Positions 29,256 to 40,114 of a stretch of DNA of 62,768 nucleotides are shown one piece after another. The position numbers and the translations under genes are program-made. Source of the stretch: Nitrospinota bacterium (lineage in GTDB: Bacteria > UBA8248); NCBI GenBank assembly GCA_030754595.1, contig JASLZZ010000116.1, positions 1 to 62,768 on the forward strand, in the 5' to 3' direction. The notes under the pieces are model-generated. The model ran no database searches. It was not told the origin of the DNA and saw only the letters and a list, made by a program, of their open reading frames with translations. Every line of letters starts with the position of its first letter. Within the stretch, counting starts at the first letter, position 1.

Positions 29256-29302
29256 TAATTTTCCTCCGCTAACCGATCAAATAATTTTCAGGGGGACGCG
29301 TT

Positions 29303-30241
29303 TTACGAAAGCCGATCCAGTATGCCTTCAAGAATCTCGGCCGAGTAATATTCGATAACCACCTGCCCCTTTTTCTCGTCGCCATGAATCAGCACCTTGG
29401 TTCCCAGTGTCCCGCGCAGACGATCGCCGATTTCGCGAAGGAACACCGCTTGTGGCCCGGTGGGGCCCTCTCCCCGGGAAGATACCGCGTATCTTCCTCT
29501 TTTGGCCGCCGGACCCGCAAGCGCCTTTCGAACCCGGCTCTCGAGCTGGCGTACCGAAAGGCCGGACTTTTCCGCCACTCGGGCAAGTTTCAGGATTTCC
29601 TCTTCCTCGCGAAGGGCCAAAAGGGCGCGCGCGTGGCCCATGGACAAATCTCCGGCGGCCACGATCTCCTGAACCGAAGCGGGCAGCCGAAGCAGCCGTA
29701 TATAGTTGGCCACCGTGGAGCGGTCTTTCCCGACACGGGCGGCAACCTCCTCCTGGGTAAGGGCGAGGCGAACCATCATGCTTTCGTAGGCGGCGGCTTC
29801 CTCCATCGGGTTCAGATCGGAGCGCTGAATATTTTCGATCACGGCGATTTCGAGGGAGTCCTCCGCCGCCGCGTTGATGACGATTGCGGGCACTTCGGGG
29901 AGGCCCGCCATCCGGGCCGCCCGCCAACGCCGCTCCCCGGCGACAATCTGATATCCGCTACCGGAGGGATTCACGAGGATCGGCTGGAGCACGCCGTGGC
30001 GCCGGACGGACTCGGCCAGCTCTCCCAGCTCGTCATCGTCAAACTCCATTCGTGGCTGATGAACGCCGGGCTGGAGGCGATCGATCGACACCTGAATGAT
30101 GCGGCTCCCGTCGGGCTCGGGCGGCGATGCGCGGTCCGGATCGGGCTTCATTGCGTGCGCCGCCGGAGGCGCCGCATCCGTTTCCGCCGACAAAAGAGCA
30201 TCGAGCCCGCGGCCAAGTCCTCTTTTTTTTGCCGTCGCCAT
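29303..30241 (-). CDS. parB: chromosome partitioning protein ParB
   Basis: RGLGRGLDALL, QPR, GVLQPILV, AGERRWRA, ENIQRSDLNPMEEA, HTH. Confidence 0.97.
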   Translation of the reverse strand: MATAKKRGLGRGLDALLSAETDAAPPAAHAMKPDPDRASPPEPDGSRIIQVSIDRLQPGVHQPRMEFDDDELGELAESVRRHGVLQPILVNPSGSGYQIVAGERRWRAARMAGLPEVPAIVINAAAEDSLEIAVIENIQRSDLNPMEEAAAYESMMVRLALTQEEVAARVGKDRSTVANYIRLLRLPASVQEIVAAGDLSMGHARALLALREEEEILKLARVAEKSGLSVRQLESRVRKALAGPAAKRGRYAVSSRGEGPTGPQAVFLREIGDRLRGTLGTKVLIHGDEKKGQVVIEYYSAEILEGILDRLS

Positions 30242-31083
30242 TATTCGTGTCCTTTCAATTCCACGCGCATCAGAAACTCCCTGGCCATCGCGAGGTAGGC
30301 CTGTGCGCCCGAGGAAGAAATATCGTAAGCGATTATCGGCCTTCCGTGGCTCGGAGCCTCGGCCAGACGAACGCTACGCGGAATCGCCACCCGGTAAACC
30401 AGGTCCGGCATATGGGAGCGAAGATCCTCGTCGACTTGCCTGGAAAGGTTGGTCCGCGCGTCGTACATCGTCAAAACAATTCCCCCAAGACGAAGGCCCG
30501 GATGGATCGACCCACGGACGCGCTCGACTGTTTTGATAAGCCGCGCCAGACCCTCAAGAGCAAAATACTCGGCCTGGATGGGTACCAGGATCTCGTCGGC
30601 GGCCTTGAGGGCATTCAGGGTGAGCAGGCTCAAGGAGGGGGGACAGTCTACAAAAATATAGCGAAAGTATTTTTTGTAAGGCTCAAGAGACGCCTTCAGG
30701 CGGCCTGTCCGGTTATCAACATCGGCCAGCTCAAGCTCCGCCCCGACCAGGTCAACAGAGGATGGAATTATTTTAAGTCTTTTAATTTCAGTATCTTGTA
30801 CGGATTCGCGGCCTAGCGGATCGCCCAGAACAAGCGACCGGTAAAGGGCGGAATCGTCGGCCGAAATGCCGAAGGCGCTCGTGGCGTTGGATTGGGGATC
30901 GAGATCGACCAGGAGGGTGGGTTTATCGGCTACAGCCACACAGGCAGAAAGGTTGACGGATGTGGTGGTCTTCCCCACTCCTCCTTTTTGGTTAACTACG
31001 GCAATGACGCGGCAACCCGGCGAGCTGTTTTCCCGGGGTCCGAAAACCGGCGTTTGGGGGGCGAGTGTTTTTTCTTGCATCAT
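30241..31083 (-). CDS. parA: chromosome partitioning ATPase ParA/Soj
   Basis: NQKGGVGKTT, DLDPQSNAT, DCPPSL, EAPSHG. Confidence 0.97.
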   Translation of the reverse strand: MMQEKTLAPQTPVFGPRENSSPGCRVIAVVNQKGGVGKTTTSVNLSACVAVADKPTLLVDLDPQSNATSAFGISADDSALYRSLVLGDPLGRESVQDTEIKRLKIIPSSVDLVGAELELADVDNRTGRLKASLEPYKKYFRYIFVDCPPSLSLLTLNALKAADEILVPIQAEYFALEGLARLIKTVERVRGSIHPGLRLGGIVLTMYDARTNLSRQVDEDLRSHMPDLVYRVAIPRSVRLAEAPSHGRPIIAYDISSSGAQAYLAMAREFLMRVELKGHE

Positions 31084-31154
31084 TTCCCGGGAATTTAGAG
31101 TAGTGATTTACGTTTTCAAGAGCTTCGCACAGCAACAAACGAAATTCAAGGTTT

Positions 31155-31170
31155 TGTTCCACGTGAAACC
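31155..31170. promoter_or_regulatory. parS site
   Basis: TGTTCCACGTGAAACC matches the TGTTNCACGTGAAACA consensus. Confidence 0.9.
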
Positions 31171-31186
31171 TGAAAAAATCGAAATT

Positions 31187-31202
31187 TGTTTCATGTGGAA
31201 CA
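31187..31202. promoter_or_regulatory. parS site
   Basis: TGTTTCATGTGGAACA, a near-consensus palindrome. Confidence 0.85.
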
Positions 31203-31307
31203 GGCCTGCGAAAATACTCTTCGTTTTGGTGGAGGGGCAGAGGGCAAAAGAGGAGATCTTCGGAATAGGCGGGACGGGTAATTTCGGAAAGCCGGAACGG
31301 GTGGCAG

Positions 31308-33224
31308 TTATTCCTGTTCCTGCGAACCGCCGGTGGTGGAAGCGGCTGCCCGGCGGAGGTGGAATTCGAGGACGGTGGCAGCGGCGGGGGTAACGCCCGA
31401 AATGCGCGCTGCCTGTCCGAGGGTTTTGGGCCGGATCTCCTCCAGGCGCTGGCGCACTTCCGCGGTCAGGTTCTTAACGTCGCTGTATGAGAAGCTGTCT
31501 GGAATCCGGACGCGATCGGCGGCGCGCAATGCAGCAACCTGCCTGGATTCGCGCTTAAAATAGTCTTTGTACTTGATTTCGGCGAGGACAAAGCGGCGGG
31601 CTTCATTGTCGAGTTCTTCCCACTTGTCCCGAAAGCGGCCGCCCATCAGATTGTCCACACGGGCCGCCAGTTCGGGGGTCATCTCGGGCCGGCGCAATAA
31701 ATCACCTAATTTCAATGTTTTGCGCGGAGAGGTCGAGCCGGAGCTCTCGAGCAGGGCGGTAACGTCGCCCTTTGGGTTAATTTCTGTAACTTCAATATAT
31801 TCAATTGCTTCTGAGCATTTTCGCGACTTTTCGAGGTTTTCGCCATAGGCGCTCTCGTCGAGCGAGCCCACCTCGCGCCCCAACCCCATCAGCCGCGCAT
31901 CGGCATTGTCGTGCCGAAGGTTGAGGCGGTGTTCCGCCCGGCTGGTGAACATGCGGTAGGGCTCTTGAACCCCCTTGGTCACCAGATCGTCAATCAACAC
32001 CCCGATATAGGCTTGTTCCCGCCCGAGGACGAGCGGCTCCTCCCCGCTCACGAAACGGGCTGCGTTGATGCCGGCCATAATTCCTTGGGCGGCGGCTTCC
32101 TCGTAGCCGGTTGTCCCGTTAATCTGGCCTGCATGAAAAAGTCCGGCCACTCGCTTGGTCATCAGGCCCGGGTCCAGTTCGGTCGGGTCCACGTAATCAT
32201 ACTCAACCGCATAGCCGGGGCGCATCATCTCCGCCCGCTCAAGGCCCTCGATGGTTCTGATTACGCCCAGCTGAACATCGACGGGAAGGCTGGTGGAAAG
32301 CCCATTTACGTAGACTTCGCGGGTATTCCGGCCCTCCGGCTCAAGAAATATCTGGTGCGCCTCCTTGTCCGGAAAACGCATGATTTTGTCCTCGATGCTG
32401 GGGCAGTATCTCACCCCGATTCCTTCGATTTGACCGTTATACATCGGAGCCCGATCAATGTTTTCGCGAATCAGGGCATGTGATTTTTCGTTAGTGTAGG
32501 TAATGTGGCAGGGGATTTGCGTTTGTGTAATCTCTTTTGTTCGGAATGAAAAAGGGAGGGGGGGCTCGTCGCCGGGCTGGTCCTTTAACCCACCATATTC
32601 GATCGACTTCCCGTCGAGCCGTGGCGGGGTTCCAGTCTTCATTCTGCCGATTCTGAACCCAAGCTCCGCAAGCTGGCCGGTAAGTCCCTTCGAGGCGGCT
32701 TCGCCGGCCCGGCCTCCCTCAACTTTTCTGTCTCCGAAGTGCAATATCGCGCCCGTAAACGTCCCCGGAGTCATAATAACGGCCGGGGCAAGGTACTTTT
32801 CTCCGAGCCGCGTCTCCACGCCAGCCACTTTATTGTTTTCAATCAAAAGACAGGCCAAAGGGCCTTGTTTTAGAAAAAGGCCCGGTTGGTTTTCCACGGC
32901 CTGTTTTATGTGAAGACGATACATCTGCTTGTCGGCCTGGGCGCGGAGAGCTTGAACGGCTGGGCCCTTTTTCGTGTTGAGCATGCGAAACTGGATGCCG
33001 GTGGCATCGATGGCACGCCCCATTTCGCCACCAAGGGCGTCGATTTCGCGCACCAACACCCCCTTGGCCAGCCCGCCAATCGCCGGATTACACGACATCA
33101 GGCCCACCGTATCGAGGTTCATGGTAACGAGAAGGGTCCGCTTGCTCATGCGGGCCGCCGCCATTGCGGCCTCACACCCGGCGTGCCCGCCGCCCACTAC
33201 AATCACGTCATGCTTTATGTTCAA
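31308..33224 (-). CDS. mnmG: tRNA uridine-5-carboxymethylaminomethyl modification enzyme
   Basis: [53 protein letters not shown]. Confidence 0.98.
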   Translation of the reverse strand: MNIKHDVIVVGGGHAGCEAAMAAARMSKRTLLVTMNLDTVGLMSCNPAIGGLAKGVLVREIDALGGEMGRAIDATGIQFRMLNTKKGPAVQALRAQADKQMYRLHIKQAVENQPGLFLKQGPLACLLIENNKVAGVETRLGEKYLAPAVIMTPGTFTGAILHFGDRKVEGGRAGEAASKGLTGQLAELGFRIGRMKTGTPPRLDGKSIEYGGLKDQPGDEPPLPFSFRTKEITQTQIPCHITYTNEKSHALIRENIDRAPMYNGQIEGIGVRYCPSIEDKIMRFPDKEAHQIFLEPEGRNTREVYVNGLSTSLPVDVQLGVIRTIEGLERAEMMRPGYAVEYDYVDPTELDPGLMTKRVAGLFHAGQINGTTGYEEAAAQGIMAGINAARFVSGEEPLVLGREQAYIGVLIDDLVTKGVQEPYRMFTSRAEHRLNLRHDNADARLMGLGREVGSLDESAYGENLEKSRKCSEAIEYIEVTEINPKGDVTALLESSGSTSPRKTLKLGDLLRRPEMTPELAARVDNLMGGRFRDKWEELDNEARRFVLAEIKYKDYFKRESRQVAALRAADRVRIPDSFSYSDVKNLTAEVRQRLEEIRPKTLGQAARISGVTPAAATVLEFHLRRAAASTTGGSQEQE

Positions 33225-33303
33225 ATAGATATTTCTCCGGACGAAATGTCCTGAAATTCTTGTTGCTACGCCGATCAGAAGATCGGAAAAGAGGGCAAGG
33301 CTA

Positions 33304-34746
33304 TCATTTTCCTATGCAAAATGTGGAGAAAATTTTATCCAAAAGGGCCTGGCCGTAATCTCGGCCCAAAAGCTCTGAAAGCGCCCGCTGCGCCTCGTTC
33401 AAATCGACGGCGACGAGCTCGGGAGATGTGGTGTTATTAAGTCCTTCGGCTCCTCTCTCGATGGCCTTTTTGCATCTCACCACCAAATCCCTGTGCCGCT
33501 CGCGGGCGAGGAAGAGCTGATTCCCGCCGAACTCGTCTCCCTCGTTGCCAATTAAGGTTGAGGCCATCGTCTCCTTGAGGTTCTCGATTCCTTCGCCCGT
33601 CAATGCCGAGACAGGACAAACGCAGGCGGCCTTACCCGAAAATTTCGATATGCCGGGCGCCTTCACGTGAGGGAGATCCGTCTTATTCGCGACCATAATG
33701 ACCGGACAGTCCAGTTCGCCCAATTCGGCACTTGCCCAGCGGACCTCTTCCGGCCCGGCCGCCGCATCCACCACCACCAAACAAATGTCCGAGCCGGCGG
33801 CGGCCCGGCGCGCTCTTTTGGTTCCCTCGAGCTCAACCGGATCGCCCGTTTCCCGTATGCCCGCGGTGTCGATTAGCCGGACGGGAATTCCCCCGATATC
33901 ACACACCTCCTCGACAGTGTCCCTGGTTGTGCCCGGGGTCGGGCTCATGATGGCTCTTTCCTCTCCCAGAAGGCGATTCAGGAGGGTGGACTTGCCCGCG
34001 TTTGGGCGGCCCAGAATGGCAATCCGGGCGCCCTCGCGAAGAATCCGGCCCGAATTATAGGTTTTTTCAAGTCCCTCGAGCGCATCCCTGACTTCCATAA
34101 ATCGCCGGGCGAGCTCTTTCTCGTCCATTGGCTTTCCCTGGACGGCCGGGCCCGCTCCAGGCTCAAACTCATCGGGAAAATCAATTGCCGCCTCAAGATG
34201 CGCCCCTGCCTCGACAATTTTTTCCCATATAGACTCAAGGGTTTTTGAAAGACCGCTATCAAGATGCGAAAGCGCTGCCTGGGCCGCGCGCCGGGTCTCG
34301 GCCGAAACCAGGTCCGCGACCGATTCGCACTGCAGAAGATCGATTTTCCCCGCGAGAAACGCTCTTTTCGTAAACTCCCCCGGCCCGGCCGACCGGGCCC
34401 CCGCTTCGCTGGCCGCCACAAGAAGCGCCCGCACGATCCCCGGCCCCCCGTGGCAGTAAAGCTCGGCCATATTTTCTCCCGTATAGGAGCCCGGGCCAAA
34501 AAACATAACGGCCATTCCTTCGTCAAACGCCCCGCCGTCCGCCCCCACAAACCTTCCCACCCGAAATTTTCGATTCTCGAAATCCCCTTCGGTGTCCTTC
34601 GGACGAAAAATTTTACGCACAATTTTTTCGGTTTCGGCGCCGCTAAGGCGAACGACGGCGATAGCCCCCTTTCCGGGCGCCGAGGAAAGCGCGGCGATGG
34701 TGTCCCTGTACAAAAGGCCCCCCAATTCTCCAGAATGTGTTGGCAT
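33304..34746 (-). CDS. mnmE: tRNA modification GTPase
   Basis: [39 protein letters not shown]-terminal FCIGK. Confidence 0.97.
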   Translation of the reverse strand: MPTHSGELGGLLYRDTIAALSSAPGKGAIAVVRLSGAETEKIVRKIFRPKDTEGDFENRKFRVGRFVGADGGAFDEGMAVMFFGPGSYTGENMAELYCHGGPGIVRALLVAASEAGARSAGPGEFTKRAFLAGKIDLLQCESVADLVSAETRRAAQAALSHLDSGLSKTLESIWEKIVEAGAHLEAAIDFPDEFEPGAGPAVQGKPMDEKELARRFMEVRDALEGLEKTYNSGRILREGARIAILGRPNAGKSTLLNRLLGEERAIMSPTPGTTRDTVEEVCDIGGIPVRLIDTAGIRETGDPVELEGTKRARRAAAGSDICLVVVDAAAGPEEVRWASAELGELDCPVIMVANKTDLPHVKAPGISKFSGKAACVCPVSALTGEGIENLKETMASTLIGNEGDEFGGNQLFLARERHRDLVVRCKKAIERGAEGLNNTTSPELVAVDLNEAQRALSELLGRDYGQALLDKIFSTFCIGK

Positions 34747-34799
34747 CGCCGTCCTCAAATTTTGTATGGTGAATCTTTCCACGCGCTCGTGGGGATTAT

Positions 34800-35813
34800 A
34801 TGGCAGAACTTCGGCGCGACCCATATGCCGACAGGTGGACGCTGTTTGCGTCGGAAAGGGCCAACCGGCCCCGGGACGCCGCCCGCTCGCCTGCGACACC
34901 GACGACGCCCAAAGAGGACTGTCCGTTTTGCTGGGGTAGCGAGGAAAAAACGCCGCCCGAAATCGACAGGATCGGAGGGGCGGACGATCGGCCTTCTTGG
35001 CGGGTCCGTGTTGTTGCCAACAAATTTCCGGCCGTTTCCGTTGACGCCCTGACGGAAGAGGGGGGGAGCCTTTTCGGGTTCATGGCCGGCGGCGGCCGCC
35101 ACGAGGTAATCGTCGACTCGTTCGATCACCACCGGGGCCTGGCCGACCTGCCAGACGAACATTCCGTCCAGGTTCTCTCGATGCTCCAGCGCCGGGTACG
35201 GGCTTTATTCGAGATCCCCTCCGTCCGGGCGGTCTCGCCGTTTAAAAACCACGGCGCGCCGGCTGGCGCCTCATTCGAACACTCTCACTTGCAGGTCATC
35301 GCGACCCCCGCCCTCCCGGCCAACCTTGCCATCGAGCGGCGAATCGCCGAGCGCTATTATTGTGAAAACGGACATTCGCTCGCCGAGGAAACGGGCCGAT
35401 GGGAACTCGGGCAGGGTACCCGGATTGTCGAGGCCGGCGACAGCGGCGCCTTGGTTTATTGTCCTTTCGCCTCCCGCTTTCCCTATCAAACAACGATTGC
35501 TCCGTGGCCCCCCCAAAACAGCTTCGCCGTCTCGCCGCCCGAGGCGATCGCGGCAGCCGGGGCCGCCTTCGCCCGTTCGCTCAGGCGAATCAAAAACCTT
35601 CTGGGCGATCCGTCCCTAAACGCCTTTTTTTATATCGAAACCCGTCCCGAGGCGGCGGAGTCCCCCTCCGCCCACTGCTGGCGGATCGAAATCATCCCCC
35701 GCCTGACGGTCTTGGCCGGCCTTGAGCTCGGGAGCGGAATGTACATTAACGAGGCGTTGCCAGAAAGGGCGGCGGAAAGTTTGCGGGCCGCAGACGCGCG
35801 AAACCCCTCCTAG
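34800..35813 (+). CDS. galT: galactose-1-phosphate uridylyltransferase
   Basis: ELRRDP, CPFC, NKFPA, HEVIV, FKNHG..AGASFEHSHLQ (HxHxQ). Confidence 0.9.
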   Translation: MAELRRDPYADRWTLFASERANRPRDAARSPATPTTPKEDCPFCWGSEEKTPPEIDRIGGADDRPSWRVRVVANKFPAVSVDALTEEGGSLFGFMAGGGRHEVIVDSFDHHRGLADLPDEHSVQVLSMLQRRVRALFEIPSVRAVSPFKNHGAPAGASFEHSHLQVIATPALPANLAIERRIAERYYCENGHSLAEETGRWELGQGTRIVEAGDSGALVYCPFASRFPYQTTIAPWPPQNSFAVSPPEAIAAAGAAFARSLRRIKNLLGDPSLNAFFYIETRPEAAESPSAHCWRIEIIPRLTVLAGLELGSGMYINEALPERAAESLRAADARNPS

Positions 35814-35836
35814 GGCCGGGCTCCTCACACAATAAC

Positions 35837-36598
35837 TCAGGTCATCCAGCGGCCGCCATTGATGTCGAGCGTTACGCCCGTGATGTAGCTTGACCCCGGT
35901 GTCGAGAGGTACCAGATGCCGTCCGCGATCTCTTCCGCACCGCCCGGCCTGGCCATCGGAATGGTTTTGTTGATTTCGGGGAGCCTGTCCTTGTGCATTT
36001 CCGCCACCCGGGGCGAAAGCACGACGCCCGGCGCAACCGCATTTGCCGTGATTCCGTGCGGGGCGAGTTCAACCGACAGCCGCCGGGTGAGCCCCAGAAT
36101 GCCCGCCTTCGCCGCGCCGTAATGAAGCGCCGTCTCGATAATTCCCGTACGGCCCGCTTGTGAGGATATGTTGACGATTCTCCCGTAACCCTCTTTTTTC
36201 ATGGCCGGCGCGGCTTCCCTGCAGCACAGAAAAACGCTTTTCAGGTTCCAGGCGAGAATGGCGTCCCAGTCCTCTTCTTTCTGGTCTTCAATGGCGTGGG
36301 TTTCGAAAAAACCGCCCGCGCAATTCACGAGAATTTCAACCTTCCCCCATCGCTCCAGGACCAGACGAAAAGCCTCTTTTGTCTCGGAAGCCGACGTAAC
36401 GTCCGCCCGCACAAAAAGAGCGTCCGCGCCATCGGCTTTGATTTTTTCGGTAATCGAATTTCCCTTGTCAGGGTCTTTGTCCACAACCGCGACCCTGGCG
36501 CCCTCAGCAGCAAACCGGCTAACCACGGCCTCGCCAATTCCCGCCGCGCCGCCGGTGACAACTGTCACATGATCTTTGATAGACGATCTTTCGTTCAT
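35837..36598 (-). CDS. SDR family oxidoreductase (FabG-like)
   Basis: TGGAAGIG, NCAG, YGAAK, NAVAPG, ITGVTLDINGG. Confidence 0.95.
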   Translation of the reverse strand: MNERSSIKDHVTVVTGGAAGIGEAVVSRFAAEGARVAVVDKDPDKGNSITEKIKADGADALFVRADVTSASETKEAFRLVLERWGKVEILVNCAGGFFETHAIEDQKEEDWDAILAWNLKSVFLCCREAAPAMKKEGYGRIVNISSQAGRTGIIETALHYGAAKAGILGLTRRLSVELAPHGITANAVAPGVVLSPRVAEMHKDRLPEINKTIPMARPGGAEEIADGIWYLSTPGSSYITGVTLDINGGRWMT

Positions 36599-36610
36599 TT
36601 CTCCTCCGGA

Positions 36611-37230
36611 TCAGGTTTTGCGCCTCGTAATTGTTTCGGTCGCCTGAAAAGAAACCCCGGACTGTCCGACCGCGCTTTTGCGGTGCGCCATAACGAAGCA
36701 GGTGTCATCATCGAAGTTCCAGTCCCGGTCCACCAAAAGGCCCGATCTGCGAACAATTTTTTTCGTCTCCCGGACGTTCAGGCGACACCAAATAGGCGGG
36801 CCGTATTCCGTGGGTCTGGGGTGCCATTCCACAACTATCACCCGGCCACCCGGACGTAGCGCCCGGTGGGCTTCGCCCATTAACGCTTCCGGCGTCGCCG
36901 TTTCATGGAGAACAAAACCAGGCATCGCAAAATCCGCGCATCCGTCGGAAAGCGGAATTTTCGGATTGCTGGATTTTCTGATGTGTAAATTTTTCAGCCC
37001 AAGCCTTTTCTTTTGCTCCCGAAGTTCCTGAAGCATCAGCGGCGAGATGTCGCACACAAGAACGCTGCCGTCCTTTCCGACAATCCGGCAGGCCGGCATG
37101 CAGAAAAAACCCGGCCCGCGTCCAGCATGGTCATCCTCCGGCGCAGCCCGATGGCGCGAAGCGTTTTTGCCGGGGGCATTATCCTGCGGCGTTGGTCGCT
37201 GACCAACAGGCGCATCCGGCTCGGCGGCAT
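36611..37230 (-). pseudogene. class I SAM-dependent methyltransferase, frameshifted in motif I
   Basis: One frame reads ...GLRRRMTMLDAG and another continues GPGFFCMPACRIVG..DIS..IPLSDGCADF..LHE..LRPGG; the break is at ~37115. Confidence 0.75.
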
Positions 37231-37249
37231 GGCCCAGGGTTGGCGCGCT

Positions 37250-38914
37250 TTAGCTTCCTTCGGCAAGTTTTGGGGGCGTTATGGACCTGTTAACGAAATA
37301 TTGCTGCGCGATAGAAAGCGCATTATTCATAAACCAATAAATCACCAGGCCAACCGGCACCGGATAGTAAACAAACATCCCCGTAAAGATGACGGGCATG
37401 AACATCATCATTTTGGCTTGGGAGGGATCGGCTGAAGTCGGGGTCATTTTCTGTTGCAAGAACATCGACAGGCCCATGAGAATCGTGAACACATGAAACG
37501 GGTCCTGCTTGGAAAGATCTGTTATCCACCAAAAAAACGGGGCCTGGCGAAGTTCGATAGAAACCAAAAGGGCATTATAAAGCCCGAAAAACACGGGAAT
37601 TTGAATCACCATCGGAAGACAGCCCATCATTGGGTTGACTTTGTGTTCCTTGTAAAGAGCCATTACCTCCTGATTCATTTTGTTTTTGTCGTCTTTGTAT
37701 ATTTCCTTGAGTTGAGCCATTTTGGGCTGGAGCTTTTGCATGTTGCGCATGTTGCGCATGCTCACCTGCGTAAGGGGGTAGAAAATAAGCTTGATCAGGA
37801 TGGTGAGCAATATAATGGCGACGCCCCAATTGCCCGTTACCGAGTGGGAGAGGCGAAGGATGTACATGAGGGGTTTCGCGATAAAGGCGAATTTCCCGTA
37901 ATCAAGCGCTTCTTCGAGGCTGGCATTCAGCTTCTCGAGTCTCTGCGTTTCTTTGGGGCCCACGTAAATATCGAGCGCGGCCGCGGTTTTTTGTTTGAGG
38001 GGAAGCGGGACTATGGTGGCAAAGTTTTTCTCCGCGCCGCTTCCGACCAAAAGCCGAACCTCCGACCGGCCGTCCCCGCCACGGGGAATCAGGGCCGCGA
38101 GAAAATATTTGGACTGAATGCCCAGCCATTTGGTTCCTCCGCCCCGAACCACGGGTTTTCCTGTTTCCGGGGCGTCGTATTCAAGATCCTCCCCGACAAA
38201 ACTCATCGGCCCTTCGATTATGCCTCCGTAGTTGTTCCCGCCACTCCCGCCCAGGCGGGGCGCCCACGAGATGCCGATGGGTTTGGGCGAGCCGGGAAAC
38301 TCCACTCGAAGCGTAGTGCCTATCGTGTAGCTGTCGTAGTGAAAAACAAACGTTTTCTCCGCCGCCAGGCCGGTGGCGTCGCGATAGACGAAGCCGACCC
38401 TGCCCTCCGGATTCGTGGGCGAGAGAGAAAGATCGCCGCCCACCACGCGGTAGGTGGCTTTGTTCAGTCTCAGGGCCGCGTCTCCTCCCATTAAAAAAAG
38501 CGGGCGGATGGAGGGACTTGACCCCACGATTAGCTCAATCGGTTTTTTGGTTTCGTCGGTCAGATACTTATTCAGTCGCGCGGACACCATGCCGGCGCCT
38601 CGGTTGGTGAACTCGAAAATGGCCGGACCCACGTCAACCACCACGCGTCTTTCGTCCGGGGCCTTAACTTCGAGCTTGCCGGATTCGGGCGCGGATTGCT
38701 TTGCTGTGGGTTGGCTGTGCGCGGAAGGGCTGGCTGCCGGTGAAGACAGGGGAGCTACGGCGGCCGGCTGTTTCGGCTTTTTCGCCGTTATGCTTTTCGC
38801 GATTCGCTGTTTTTTTTCAAGATTTTTTTCCTGCTGGGGCCGGATGTAAAAATACTCCCAAGCAACAAGAACGGCGATCGATAAGACTGCGGCAAGAATC
38901 GCATTTTTTTCCAT
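37250..38914 (-). CDS. yidC: membrane protein insertase
   Basis: N-terminal TM, periplasmic domain, NWGVAIILLT, GCLPMVIQIPVF, WITDLS, GLVIYW. Confidence 0.97.
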   Translation of the reverse strand: MEKNAILAAVLSIAVLVAWEYFYIRPQQEKNLEKKQRIAKSITAKKPKQPAAVAPLSSPAASPSAHSQPTAKQSAPESGKLEVKAPDERRVVVDVGPAIFEFTNRGAGMVSARLNKYLTDETKKPIELIVGSSPSIRPLFLMGGDAALRLNKATYRVVGGDLSLSPTNPEGRVGFVYRDATGLAAEKTFVFHYDSYTIGTTLRVEFPGSPKPIGISWAPRLGGSGGNNYGGIIEGPMSFVGEDLEYDAPETGKPVVRGGGTKWLGIQSKYFLAALIPRGGDGRSEVRLLVGSGAEKNFATIVPLPLKQKTAAALDIYVGPKETQRLEKLNASLEEALDYGKFAFIAKPLMYILRLSHSVTGNWGVAIILLTILIKLIFYPLTQVSMRNMRNMQKLQPKMAQLKEIYKDDKNKMNQEVMALYKEHKVNPMMGCLPMVIQIPVFFGLYNALLVSIELRQAPFFWWITDLSKQDPFHVFTILMGLSMFLQQKMTPTSADPSQAKMMMFMPVIFTGMFVYYPVPVGLVIYWFMNNALSIAQQYFVNRSITPPKLAEGS

Positions 38915-38937
38915 TCAACGCGTCTCCATCCAGCCCG

Positions 38938-39183
38938 CTAGGGAACCGGGTCTTCTCCGCCCGGATGGAAAGGATGGCATCGGGCAATTCGGCGAAAGGC
39001 GAGCCACGTCGCCCGAGCCGGCGAATGGCGACGAAACGCTTCCATGGCATAATGCGAGCAGGAAGGATTGAATCGACAGCTTCCCGGAAGCGCCGGGGAA
39101 ATCAAAAGCTGATACGCCCGGATTAATATAGCTGCGGCAACCGAAAGGAAATTTTGAAATATTTTGACAGCCCGCTCACCCAT
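38938..39183 (-). CDS. yidD: membrane protein insertion efficiency factor
   Basis: [32 protein letters not shown]. Confidence 0.95.
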   Translation of the reverse strand: MGERAVKIFQNFLSVAAAILIRAYQLLISPALPGSCRFNPSCSHYAMEAFRRHSPARATWLAFRRIARCHPFHPGGEDPVP

Positions 39184-39517
39184 GGGCAGACCTAAGGGCG
39201 TCGAGGAACGCCTTTTCAATTTCTTTTTGCTCCGCGTCAGCCATCGAACGGCCGGCAATGACGACCACATCCGACTCCACCGGCATAATGTCTCGATTTT
39301 TGCGAAATGCCTCGCGAACAAGCCTCTTGGCACGATTGCGCTTGACGGCATTTCCAGATTTTCGGGAGGCGATGACGCCGACCCTGGTTGGTCCGCCCGT
39401 ATCCGCCATCACATAAAGAGTAAAGCGGCGACTGCGGCGTTTTTTGCCTTTCTTTAGAACCAACCTGAAATCCGGGCCCCGCCGAATTTTCATTTCCGGT
39501 CGGAGTTTTTGATCCAC
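39176..39517 (-). CDS. rnpA: ribonuclease P protein component
   Basis: [21 protein letters not shown] (RNR motif); conserved synteny. Confidence 0.95.
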   Translation of the reverse strand: MDQKLRPEMKIRRGPDFRLVLKKGKKRRSRRFTLYVMADTGGPTRVGVIASRKSGNAVKRNRAKRLVREAFRKNRDIMPVESDVVVIAGRSMADAEQKEIEKAFLDALRSAHG

Positions 39518-39560
39518 AGCCGGCTTCTCGTAAGAAAGGGCACAACCTCGGGCGGGGCTT

Positions 39561-39695
39561 TTATGCTGAAAGTTTTTTTCGTCCCTTGGCCCGCCGCCGT
39601 TTCAAAATGGAACGGCCGCCCGTTGTTTTCATCCTGCTCCGAAACCCGTGGGATTTCGCACGCTTGTTTCGGTTCGGTTGATATGTTCTCTTCAC
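39561..39695 (-). CDS. rpmH: 50S ribosomal protein L34
   Basis: Manual translation [44 protein letters not shown] (GTG start); absent from the ORF track. Confidence 0.97.
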   Translation of the reverse strand: MKRTYQPNRNKRAKSHGFRSRMKTTGGRSILKRRRAKGRKKLSA

Positions 39696-39848
39696 GACCC
39701 TGCCTCTTTTTTCCTTGTGTTGGGGGAGCCGTAACGGTTTGGATTGACCTCCCTCCCAAAAAGCAGTGCAACAATAGCCACGAAGATATCCGTTGTCAAG
39801 AAATTAAGAGCACCGTCGGTGCGACCCGAAAAGCCCATCAGGGGCCAG

Positions 39849-39933
39849 TTTTCCACATTTTGCCCCGCTGAGGTCAAGAAATTCGCTCTCTGGTGTGGAA
39901 AATTCGCGAAGGAGGGGTATTTTTTGTGGATAT
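39849..39933. promoter_or_regulatory. DnaA boxes in the rpmH-dnaA divergent promoter region
   Basis: TTTTCCACA (39849), TGTGGAAAA (39894), TGTGGATAT (39925). Confidence 0.7.
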
Positions 39934-40114
39934 CCAGAGCGTTTGGGTGTATTGTCCCGGAAACAGCAGCCCGCGCGCGATTGGCGCGCCTTGGGCCTCA
40001 CCTTTTGGATCTTGCCTTGAATGTGCAGCTTTTCGGTAATATTACGCCCCCGAGTCCGGTTCGGCGCCATGTTTTGTGTTTCCGGTCGTCCGGCACGGAT
40101 CAAAGGCACTTAAT

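Noticed and set aside
39561..39695. Apparent frameshift in rpmH at the A7 run
   Set aside because: Recounting gives CGA AAA AAA CTT TCA GCA TAA, an intact 44-aa L34.
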